Of a stretch of DNA of 64,000 bases, positions 30,434 through 43,354 are shown one piece after another (the first letter of the stretch is position 1; each line of letters opens with the position of its first letter). The position numbers were made by a program, and so were the translations under genes. Source of the stretch: Cycas panzhihuaensis (taxonomy: Eukaryota; Plantae; Cycadophyta). The notes beneath the pieces are model-generated. The model saw nothing but the letters and a program-made list of their open reading frames with translations, searched no databases and was not told the origin of the DNA. The DNA is taken from the NCBI GenBank assembly GCA_023213395.1, contig CM041465.1:243605741-243669740 (forward strand), in the 5' to 3' direction.

Positions 30434-33400
30434 GTCCTCATATAAGCAACCTATATTAAATAATAATTTAAAAGGATATAATAAGACTTTCAAAGAATAA
30501 AATTATGTAAAATTTTATGAACAAATCATATTTATTAGCTATAAACTAAAGAAATTTCAAATAAATACTTAAGAGTAATCATTTTGATTAGTTGTAAGTT
30601 AATTAGGCAAGATGAGAAATACCATTGATGACCTATTGATTATTTAATATAACATTTTTATCTTTATTCATTGTAATTCATTAGTAGAATATTTCCTTAT
30701 TTGATTATAAGAGGTTATAGTAGAAGACCTCCCTAATCATGATAATCTTTAATTTTCCTTCAATGAAAATCATTTGATAAGGGGAAATATAATTAATAAT
30801 GCATCTAAATATTTAATTAAAAAAATCTAATGTATGTGGTAAATTGGAGAGAAGGAGATACTAGTAATTACCTAGGGATCTACCATTAGGGACTGAAAAA
30901 ATAAAATAAGGGTTAGAAATTGATTGGATAGGGGTAATACTTAGTAGCTCATGAGTAGATGTTCGGAATATTTTTTGATTAAGTGTTAACCTCGTGCTTG
31001 GTTATCACCAAGTTCTTAAACACATCATTACATGCTAGTATGGCTCTTAGCTTCGATGGTTTTATACCACGTGTTTCATGTATACAACATTCTTCTCATT
31101 CTATGGGATACTTTTCATATCCTCAACATATCACCAACAACTACACTATAAAAATCCTACGTAACAAAAAGTTTATTTTTATTCTAACTTGAGGTGTAGT
31201 CTTTCTTTCTTCTTACCATCCCTTTGGGCATCTTGCTTTTGCTTTTTCTCCATTTATATTGAATTTTATTAAATACCTTATTGGGAAACATAAATTATTT
31301 TTTGAGGCACTATAATATCCTACCATCTCATCTCTTTCATATTTCTCTCCTCGTGCTTCTAAATAGTTCCTACATCTTCTAAGTCCTAAGATTCCTTAAT
31401 TACCAACTTCCCTTGAACATCATCGCTTTAGGGAAGTCATCATCACCAAAACATTGATGTTTCACCACCAACCTATTATTTTTTACCTTCCAAATTATTC
31501 CCATTTACAATTTATAGTATTTCCACTACATTTAGTATATAATAAAGAAATCCTCTTTCTATCATTTTCCCTCTATTTCTATAGCTTCTATGTTCTCTCC
31601 ACATCCTTCTAAATGGTCTAAAATAAGGAATGCTATAATTTAATAAGTACCAAAGTTACTTAATATTCATTCCAAATATCAAATAACCCTATAAAGACAT
31701 TTTCCTGAGGCTTGTACCATTGATGTTATTAAGAGCCACTTATTTTTTATCTTCTAAAATAATATGGTGTCTATTTTTCCATAACCATATAAATCCCTTT
31801 TCATAGACAACATCCCAATACTTTTTATATGTCCCTTTCCTCTTACTTCTCCTAAGACTTCTTTCCAAGTTATTTTAGTTTTCAAATCATTTGCTAGCCT
31901 AATTAATATCATATTTCATATATTTTTATATAAATATATTATTAACTAAGATGTAATTATCACATGTATCATAATTTCCAGTAAAAAAATGTATTATTCT
32001 TGTTCTTTCCTTAATAGGGACTTTTTGGACTCTTATTAACCATAAATGAAACCTTTTATTTTCATGTTTACATTTAGGTTTCCTTATGCTTTTTAAAATA
32101 TATTTTCCAATCATATGAGTTCCAACTATTGTCCCTAGACTCTTTTATAGATGTAATTTTCTCATTATCATTAATCATCCTATAACTAATAATTATTTTG
32201 CTTTTATTATTAAAGAAAGTATGTATATGCATAAGCATGCACATGTGTGCATGTGTATGTGCGTGGAGAGAGAGAGAGAGAATATTATAAACTAATACAT
32301 ATTAGTTTGATACTTTCTTAAAACAAAAACTTCATATATATATTCCTTGCCATGAAACATATTAAAAAAAAAAAAACTAGAGCTTAAAAGAAGTTTCATC
32401 TACTTGTAAAGGAATACAAAAGAATGGTGTTACCATGATAACATAGTGATTATTTCCATGTTGCATTTACTTTGTTCTTATTAATAAGGATAGATATATT
32501 TATAATAAACACTTCCATCCTAAACCCCATGTACTTGCCTATTTTTCTAAACCCTCTCTTAGTTTTTCTTTCTTTATACTTTCCTATAACCAAGGACAAT
32601 TTCCAAACCATTAAACATCAAAGTATATATGTGGCTTAATCAGTCATGAAATCCCTATTAAAATATCCTTATCCTCTACCTTGGATAAAGTTTCCTCTAT
32701 CTCTCTATATAATCCTATTTAAACATGGTTCTATATCATTAGATGTTGAAGCTATCGTAACTTCCTCATAAGAGAAGATAAGTTACTAAAATTATGATTA
32801 ATAATATCTATCTCCAAGTCATATACATCAAATAATATTTACATCCACATAACATGAGAGAGAACCATGTAAAATATTACAGCATATAATTGAATTATTA
32901 AGGTAATCTTAAATATCTAATTATTCCCAATTTCCTAAATGGCAAAAAGTATTTCAACTTAAATAATATTCTAAAATAATGAAGACCTCTATATGATATT
33001 AGTTCACCATTTAAAGGTGTTAACTTATACCTAATGGGATGAAATAAGAACAAAAAATTAATGCTTCAAATCTAAGAACTAACTTTTATACTAAATGCAA
33101 AATAATAAAATGAACGTTAAGAATTATCTTGATTAGTATAGAACACACCGTGTAAGATGTCATAATTTCTAGAATCTTGAAGTGAGCATCAAGCCACTTT
33201 AAAGAAGGAAACATAGGAATACTTTCTTTTTCTCCCATAATTATTTTGATTTTCCATAAGGAATATAACCATTTAACCCTTGTATCTATGAGATTAAAAG
33301 GGGGAAAAAAGAAGTCTTTTAATAAAGCTCTCTCTTGGAACTAAGGTCATAAAAATAATCTATCACTACTTACCATAAGCAAAACCTTTAAGGATGTAGT

Positions 33401-36103
33401 TTATATTTTGTACCAATTTTTGGAGAAGGTAGAAAGTACAAAACACTTACTATTTATATGCATAACACCTCTTAAATAGAGATAAATATCCCTTACAAAA
33501 GAAACGTTTCTAGAAATTTCACCTTTTTATTCAAGAAATTCAATGCATATATGCCAAAATTTTGAAATGGATTAAGTAATCATATATCCTTAATTAGGAA
33601 TAATATTAAATAGTGAAGATGTAGGTATCTCCAAGCTTTTAATCTCAGTGAGAATCCATTTTAGATCTTGTACTTTTAGGGGGATGAAGTAAACTACAAG
33701 AGTAGATTATACAAACTATAGTTTGATAAGTAATTTATAGATTTAAAAAAATCCCTTATTCTTTTAAACTTGTTAATTTAAGCCCTCCTTTAAGTCTAAG
33801 TATATGAAAAACATTCCAAGTAACCTTCATTACACCATTTTTTATAAAAGAACTAGTTTATATTAGACTATGTGATTACTCTCATATATGTAATATTTAA
33901 TATAAGTGTGATCTTATATAATCCCACACCTAAAAATATTAATAAATATAACATACATTCATATTTACTTATACATCCTATTGAAGGATGAAAAAGCTCA
34001 AATATATTATAGGCTATCCATGAGGTGACATAATCTATGAATACGCACACACACCACTTCAAAATTTGAGAAAGATTAAAAATTAATTAATCTTAGAGAT
34101 AATATCATTTAAATATCATTAAAGAGGAGCTCTTGAAAAATCTACTCTTCTCTCATAGTTTTTCTTTCGTGGGTTTTCCATGTATAAATTTATTCTCTTA
34201 TAGTGCATGCTTATTAATATGATATTAATTTATATTCATGATATTGTTTAATATATTTATATTACATTCCATTATTTGTGTACATAATCCTTATGATATG
34301 ATTAATTAGTATACTTGATTGATATGATTTTACTATACATAATAAATACATTCTAATATGATATTAGAGAGAATTAAAAATTCTAATATAGTATCAAAGC
34401 CTAGTTACTAGCCATGTTATGAAAGATCTTATGTAGATAAATTGATTCCTATACATAAGCTAATTAAGCTAATTATAGAGGCAACATAAGCCAATACAAG
34501 ATCTTATTTGAGGAGTATTTTTATGAACTAAAAGCTTACTATGTCAGTGACATATGACCAAGATTTCGGGTAAGATGAAGATGATTAATGTTGTATACAA
34601 AAGATGAAGTTACATCAAAATGAATATAATAAGATTGATGGTAATATTTATTAATTTATATATATACGATTACTTTAAGAATGTTAGTATCATATATTCT
34701 TGAGGCATGAAAGTTTAAATTAAGTCCACCAATATGATGAAGATAAGGAGATATTACTATCTATTAAGTTTGTTTATGCAAATTGACCCCTTACAAATGT
34801 GAATGAGGCTTTGGAAAACTAGTCATTTCACCAAATCTTATAATTAATAATAATAGAGTGAGAAAGATGTTGTGGATGGTGCGATTGCCTAAATAGGACT
34901 AATTACCCTATGAGAGGAACATGATGGATACTATTCCATTATTATATATAAAATCAGATATGTGGCAAACTATGAAGGTATATCAAACAACAATCAATAA
35001 TAAGATGAGGTGATTTGATAGTATTAAAAGGTATGCTTTTGCAAATATAACAGTGTATGTTAATTTGATGAAAATTAAAGAAATATTTATGTGGGCAAAG
35101 TTATGAAAATTACATGAATATAAGGGTATATTATAAGGGTTTTGATAGTTGAATATACAAAAAATTGATTGATAAATATTATTATGTTCTTATATGATGA
35201 ATGAAATGGGTATATTTGTGATGGCAACATAAGAAACATATGATTTAAATCAAGGTTATAAGACTACTTCTTATCTAGTTAAGAAAATGGGTGAAAATGA
35301 AAGTCTAATTATGATAATAGTGATCCCATTCCACCCTTCTGTTTGTTCCATTTTAGGTTCTATTTGTTCATTTTATGACTATTTAAAGATTATGTCAAGC
35401 TGTGATAGTGTAAAAGCATGTAAAGAAGGTTAGTCATGATATGCCCTAACTCTGTCTACTTTTAACATTATTGTTAAAGGTTTTTTAGTCACCTAACTAA
35501 GGAGTATGATCTAATATGATGTAATAAACCCATCCATGGTGTTGTGTCATGGAATGTACCTATCCTCCATGCTCCTTTGTGCCATGATCTTTTGAATGTA
35601 AACTGTGTGAAGTAGGGTGTGAATAAGTATCGCTATCACCTATACTATTTACCTTATGAAATGGTATTCCCATGGTTTTGTCTTATGTGTGGCGATCTTG
35701 CATTAAAACTATCAATTATGGAGTTAAGCGCTAATACTATGGATCTACCATTAAAGCTATGAAGTATATATCATCACTATCATTCACTACCATACATTGT
35801 AATCTCTATGAATGACTATGGATATTAAGTATACACTAGCCATACTTACTCAGATTGTAAGGGAAAACCCAACAATATGTTTGTAAAAGAAAATTCTAGT
35901 TCAGATTGATTTATAACCATTATTGATGATTTATCATTGGATTCAATATATTTATAGGTTGTATGATGGCTACAAAGAAGGTAAAATTTAACTTTAACAT
36001 ATAAATAAATTTATAATATTTAAGCTAAATTAAACTATTTTAGATAATATTTAGAGATCCATAAAACCTCATTGACTTAGCAAAAGATCACATGTATTGG
36101 AAT

Positions 36104-39100
36104 TGTTAGATAATGTAATAATAATATTTTAGAGGCAAAAATTTTGATAGGTTGGCAGTGCAATTTCCCCCTAAACTTTTGTGGGGGGATCCAAGAGGGG
36201 CAGAATCCCCCCTTAGCCAGGGGGTGTAAGGGGAGCCAAGCCTCCCCATCCCTCCTCCCCCCCCACAAAGAGGGGGTTCAAGGGCAATAACCCCTAACCC
36301 AAAAAGCTAATGCTATAAAACATACTAAATTATAAAGAGATTGAGAGTCGTTCATTAAAAATATCCTAGATTTGATGGTTGAGATTTGTGCCTTATACGA
36401 CTCTCTTATATAGCCTAATTTAGGGTGTTTTATTATCATGTTGATAGTATTTAATGTATTGGATGTACTGTTAGGAGTAAAGATAGTTGTTTATTATTGC
36501 TATGAGTATTCTATTATAGATTTTATATATTTCTCTATTCTTAGATAATAAAGATTGATACTTTTCCTATGTGGATGTTTCCCTAGAATATTGTTAGGGT
36601 TTTACCACATTATATCTGATATATATGTGATACTTTAACTTTCTAATTTATTTATTGTATTCTCTAGTTTAAGAACTTGCATGTTAAATTTTAATTTTGA
36701 TTCTTATAACTAATTACAAAATAGTTTAAATCATGGTGGTAGTTTCTGGTTATTGGGACCCAGTTTTCTCAACAAATGGTATCAAAGGCACTTTTATTTT
36801 TATAGTGAGTTTGTGAAGTTTTTTGTATCAGTTTTTTTACACCAAATTGTGAAACTAATAAATTCAAAGTTTGAGGTGGAGAAATTCAATGGTAAGAATA
36901 ACTTGAAGTTGTGGAAGCTGAAAGTATATAATGTTATGGTATAACAAGGATATTATAGAACTCTAACAGACAAATCAAAGAAACTCATAGAGATAGATGA
37001 TGACAAATGTGACGATCTAGATAAAATAGCTCTTAGCACAATATGATTATGATTAATGGATAAAGTTCTATTTAACATTATAGGGGAGAAGACTGTAATA
37101 GGATTATAAACCTAGTTAGAAGGCTTATACATGACCAAATTAGTGATAAATAAAGTCTACTTGAAGAGGCAATTATACTCATTATAGATGAAGAAAGGTA
37201 TAAACTTCCTAATCATTTAAATATTTTCAGTACTCTTATTTATCAGTTGGCTAGTATCAATGTCATGATTAAGAATGAAAATAAGGTTATTACCTGATTA
37301 TATTCTTTATCAAAATCTTGGGATAATATTGTCACCTCAATTAATTTTACTACTAGAGATGAATTAGACTATGATTCTGTTATGAGTGCTTTTCTGATGG
37401 AAGAGATGAGGATGAAGTCCAATTAAAACCTCCATACTAGAGGCTATGATAACAATGAGCAGAATGATTGAGAGGTAGGATAAACCTCTAGAGATACATC
37501 GAGGTCAAAGTCAAAAGGTAAGAAGAATAAAATCATGTGTTGGCATTACAATAAGATAGGTCACCTCAAGAAGGGTTGCTACAAAAGGAAGGAGCTCTAC
37601 AGAAAGGAAGATACTACCAAGGAGACTAATTAGGTGGAGTCAAATCAAGGTATAGATGATGATGATGTCTTGGTTGCTCATAATATTTCCTATTATCATC
37701 ATGATTGGTTATTAGATTTGGGTACTTCACACCATATATGTCCACATAAGAGTAAGTTTTCATCATACCAACTTCTTGATGGTAGTGATATACTTATAAG
37801 AAATGAAGTTTCTTATAAGACAATGGACATTGGTAGCATCAGAATTAAAATGTTTGATGGTATAGTAAGAACGTTAACTAAAGTTAGACATGTACCTAAT
37901 ATAAAAAAGAATATGATTTTCTTGGGTCAACTAGATTTTGGTGGTTATAACTATACAAGTCATGAAGGAGTCTTAAAGGTATAAAAAAACACCTTGGTTG
38001 TTATGAAAGACTTAAAGAAAGAAAACCTTTACATTTTAGTGGGAAGTATAGATGTCAGTCATATAACTACAGCATCAAAGACTGTAGAAGATCTAGATTA
38101 GTTATGGCATTAAAGACTTGGGCACATGAGTGAGAGAGGACTTAAGGTGCTGATGAACTATAAGTTACTTCCTAACTTATATCTTTCAAATTTGACTTTT
38201 TGTAAACATTATGATTTTTTGAAAGTAGTATAGACTCAGGTTTAAAGTAGGGAGTCACACTAGTGAAGGTGTTCTAGATTATATATATTTAGATATGTGG
38301 GGACCATCCCCTATAATATATTATGGAGGATTATTATACTTTATCATATTTATAGGTGATTACTCTAGAAAGGTATGGGTCTATTTTTTAAAAAAGAAGT
38401 ATGAAGTTTTTAGTGTGTTTAAGTAATTCAAAGCTCTAGTTAAGAAAATCACTAAGAAGTAAATTGAATGTTTAAGAACTCATAATTTAGGTGAGTTTAA
38501 CTTCTTGGAGTTTAAGAACTATTAAAGAGAAGTTAGGATTGAAAGGTATAAGACCACTAGTTATACTTCACAACAGAATGACATAAATGAGCATATAAAT
38601 AGGACACTCTTAGAAAGAGAGAGAGGTATGCTAAGTAATACAGGAGTAGAGTAGGGCTTTTTGGTAGAAGATATTTAAATAGCTTGTTATTTGGTAAATA
38701 GGTTACCATCACTTGCAATAGACTGCAAGATTCCTTAAGAGGTATGGGTTGGACATCCATATGACTATTCAAATTTTAAAGTTTTTGGTTGTGATGCTTA
38801 TGCCTTTACTAATAAAATTCAATATTCAAAGTTAGACCCAAAATCTAAGAGATGTATCTTTGTTGGTTATGGTGATAAAGATGGTGTGAAGGGATACAGG
38901 TTCTGGGATCCTATTTCCCACAAAGTTATTATTAATAGAGATGTTATGTTTGATGAATCTCTTTTTCTAAAATTAGATAATATAAAAGTTGAAGTAAAAT
39001 AGGAGCAAAAAGCTAAACATCAATAGGTCAAGATTGAGACCTAACCATATTTGGAAATAGAAATGCAAGAAGAGATTTTTGAAGATGAATCTGTAGCAGA

Positions 39101-41448
39101 TTTACAAGAGTATGTAGATACTCCTTCATCAATTATTAGAAGATTTACATAAGTTAATCATCCACTTAATAGGTGTAGCCATTCTATTTCTATTACTTTG
39201 GTTTCTAATGATGATGAGCCTATATGCTATTAGGAAGTAATAGATGATATCCATAGTGAGAAGTAGAAGAGAGTTATGTAGGAAGAGATAGATGCTTAAA
39301 AAAAAAATAATTCATAAGACTTGGTAGAACTTCCACATGGCAGGAAGATTATTAGTTATAGGTGGGTTTTTAAGAAGAAAATAGATGTTGATGGAAAGGT
39401 TGACAAATACAAGGCAAGACTGGTGGCTAAAGGCTTTGCATAAAAAGCAGGTATTAATTTTCATGAGATTTTTCCACCAGTTATTGAACTTGTTTCAATT
39501 TAGGTTCTATTTTTAATTTAGAGTTAGAGTAGTTAGATATAAAAATAACTTTTCTACACAGATATTTAGATGAGTGGATCTATACAGATCAACTAGAAGG
39601 GTTTGTATAGGATGGTAGGAAAAGACTTATCTGTAGGCTCAGAAAATCATTGTACCCAAACAATGGTATAAGAAGTTTGATGCCTTCATGGAGAGCTAAA
39701 ATTTTAAAAGAAGTGAGTATGATTATTATTCTTACTTTAAATTCTTAGACAATGGATTATTCATTATCTTGGGATTGTATATTAATCACATGCTTATTAC
39801 AAGCAAGAGTATGGTAGAAATCAATAAATTAAAGGCTCAATTAGCTATGACTTTTAATATGAAGGATCTAGGAATTGCAAAACAAATCTTAGGCATGGAG
39901 ATATACAAAAATATGAAAAATGGTAAGTTATGGTTATCACAGTAGAAATATATACAGAAGGTGCTAACCAGATTTACTATGGCAAATGCAAAACTAGTTT
40001 GTATCATGTTGGCTTCCCATTTCAAGCTTTCTTTGAGTATAAGTCCTAGTAATGAAGAAGAAAATGATTATATGTTTCATATACCTTATGTAAGTGCAAT
40101 AGGAAGTTTGTTGTATACCATGGTATATACAAGACCTAACATTTCATATACAGTTAGTGTAGTTAGAAAGTTTATGATAAATGTAGAAAAGGAACATTAG
40201 GTAGTAGTGAAATGGGTGCTTCAATATTTAAGGGGCACAAGTGACTATTACATAATCGTTAGTGATACGGGTAATCAGGCTTATAAATATGTTGATTTAA
40301 ACTTTGCATGTGATTTAGATAAGAGAAGGTCTACTTCAGGTTATGTGTTTACTCTTGCAAATGGTCTAGTTCGTTCAATGTCAAAATTACAGAGTATAAT
40401 TATATTATCAAGTACAAAAGCAGAATCTATTACTACAACTCATGCTTGTAAGGAAGTAATCTAGTTGTAAGGTCTATTGGTTGAGCTTGGAAGGAAATAA
40501 GAAAAGGTAAAGGTATTTTGTGACAGTCAAAGTGTCATTTACATAATAAAGAATCTAGCTTATCATAGTAGGACAAAGTATATTACTCTTAAGTATTATT
40601 TTGTTAGATAGGTTGTGGATATAGGTGGAGTGGTGCTTAAGAAGGTTAACATAAAATATAATTATGCTGACATATTTACAAAACTAGTACTATTGGAGAA
40701 ATTCAAATGGTATTTGACTTCTTTCAGTTTGTAGAAAAAGTGATGAATAGTCTAAGAAAGCTATTAAGTAAATTGTTGTTAAGGTGGAGATTGTTAGATA
40801 TTGTGACAACAATGTTTTAGAGGCAAAAATTTTAACAGAGTAGTAGTACAGTTTCTCCCTAAACTTTTGTAGGGACATCCAAGGAGGGTAAGAGCTCCCC
40901 TTGGCTAGGGGGTGCATAGTGAGCCAAAATCCTCCTCGTAAAGAGAGAGTTCAAGGAAAGTAGACCCAAACCCAAAAATCTAGCACTATAAAACATACTA
41001 AATTATAAAGAGAATTAGGGTCATTCATTCAAAATACCCTAGATTTGATGGTCGAGATTTGTGCCTTGTATGACTCTCTTATATAATACGATTTAGGGTG
41101 TTTTTTGTTATGTTGATGGTGTTCGATATATTAGATGTACTATGAGGAGCATAGGTGGCTGGTTATTGTTATTGTAAGTATTTTACTATAGATTATATAT
41201 ATTTCTCTATTCTCAGATAATAAAGATCAATAGCTTTCTTATTTGGATGTTTTCCTAGCACACTACTAAGGTTTTACCACATTATATCTAATGTATATGT
41301 GATGCTTTAGATTATTTATTTATTTATTATATTATATTTGGTTTAATAACTTACATGTTAAATTTTAGTTTTAATTTCTATAATTAGTTATAAAATAGTT
41401 TAGATTTTGGTGGCAGTTTCTAGTTATTAAGACTCAATTTTCTCAATA
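36104..41448 (+). mobile_element. Structurally complete but coding-dead Ty1/copia retrotransposon: LTRs 36104-36774 and 40792-41448
   Basis: Perfect 5-bp TSD GGAAT (36099-36103 / 41449-41453). PBS TGGTATCAAAG at 36777 and PPT AAGGTGGAGAT at 40781-40791. Domains in order: gag (FEVEKFNGKNN), protease (WLLDLGTSHHIC), integrase, RT, RNase H (DLDKRRSTSGYVF). Confidence 0.93.
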
Positions 41449-43354
41449 GGAATAATGTCCATATTAGGGCGATTACCTACCTTGGGGAGATTACCCATAT
41501 TGGGGTAATAACCTAAATCATAAGAGATATCTTGGTGGTACTTTATTAAGAATTTGTCAATGCCATATAGTGGTGGACTTTGAGAGGTGTGAAAAATCCT
41601 CCTAATCCTACTTATTTATTTAGGAGGTCTAATGTTCATCAACACCACCATCCTCATGGATCAATAGTTGTATCTTTCTTAATTTCATTTCATTTCTCTT
41701 ATCTATTATTTTTTTCCTTTAATTCCATCATTTGGTATCAAATTAACATTAAATGAGCCATCTAAGATTCTTAGTTAGAGTTATATAGGAGTCTATAAGG
41801 CACTGCATCATATCATATATATTATATCCATACTTTAATATATGTCATATTCGCTACTAGTATATGTATGATCTCTCATTTATTATTTTCATTTACGTAT
41901 ATATGACTACATATGTTTATTTCATTTATTATTTCTTTTAGATAAACTCTCAATATTCATCTATATTGGATCACATCTTGATCAATGATGGCCATTGTGT
42001 CATACTAATGTCATATGTGTAGCTTACCTCCATATGCACCACATGTAGTTTCATATCCCAACAAGTTTATATTCTTAATTCATCAAGTTTTAAGTAGAAC
42101 CATACATTTGTTTTCATATATTAATATATTTTATGCTATCGTCTGCTCCAATTGAGTGTCTTATGAAGATATCTATATTTGGATTGGCTTTTGTATCTCT
42201 CCATTGTGCTCTATGTATCTCAACACTTAAAATAAATATATTAATTGTCACTTTAACTAAGTTGTTAACACTTTTAATTTATTCTTGATCAATGTAAAGG
42301 TGCCAAGGACTAGAAGTGTTATGTGACTTTAAACCTAAACATTGTATAATATCCTCTATCTCACCTATGATTTTAAGCCAAATGGTCCATACCATCAATC
42401 AACATGGAGATCTAAGCTATTATAAGGTTTCATGTTATGGGTGGTTATTCTCTAGAAAGAGGACATTAAAGGAGAGCCAAAATGTTATATTCTTCTATTA
42501 TTATATATTGCCTTTCTCTTATAATTATAAGAACAAGAGAAAAAGGAAGCGTCTTTGAGACATCACTCACCTGATATCAAGGATTAGTAACATTAATATG
42601 CCATTATCATCTTTTATGGAAATATACATAGTGTCTTGTTTTCCCACTCGATAGAGCAATGAAAAGGGAAAAGTTATGTATGATGGTATATTGGGTTAGA
42701 AAAGGCTCTCTATTAAAAAAAAGCTTCATGTAGTTGATCAGTGAATGTCATTAAACATTTGTTCACCATTCTTAAGGGAACCAAAATTCCCTACGTTAAA
42801 GTGCATTTTTCTCCATGTTTCTTTTCACCTACTGTGCTACACCTGTAGTACAATTATTCTTAGAATAAAATCAACTAATTGGTCATTAAGTATTTGGTAT
42901 AAATCAAAAGGGCATCCCCTTACTTTATATCAAAATTTAGCCTAATGATTAATGACTCAACCCTATTTTGAAGGCATCCCTTTTTTTAAAATTTAAGTTT
43001 AATTTTTAGAAAATCTAAACTAATTTAATGGTTTTAAAATTTGCATCTATCTTCATGTCTTTTCCTTTGATTTATATTTACATCTTCATTATAATTGTTC
43101 CTATTTTTCATTTATACATTCGAATTGGCTTTTGTTGCTACTTCATTAGGCTACTACGGATCTACACCATTTGCACACACTAAGTTTTTTTATTGCCCTA
43201 ATATTTATTTAACTTATATATTTAGATGCATTATAGCATTTCATGGGCTCTATGTTTTCACCATTATAAGGAGCATGTTGGACCATATATGGTTTTAAGT
43301 AGACTTTTTCAAATATAATATGTTCTTCAAAGGGTGCATTCTTTTTACATACTC

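Noticed and set aside
31200-32200. Possible transposase remnant on the minus strand (GEVRGKG)
   Set aside because: A single weak motif with no supporting domain evidence.
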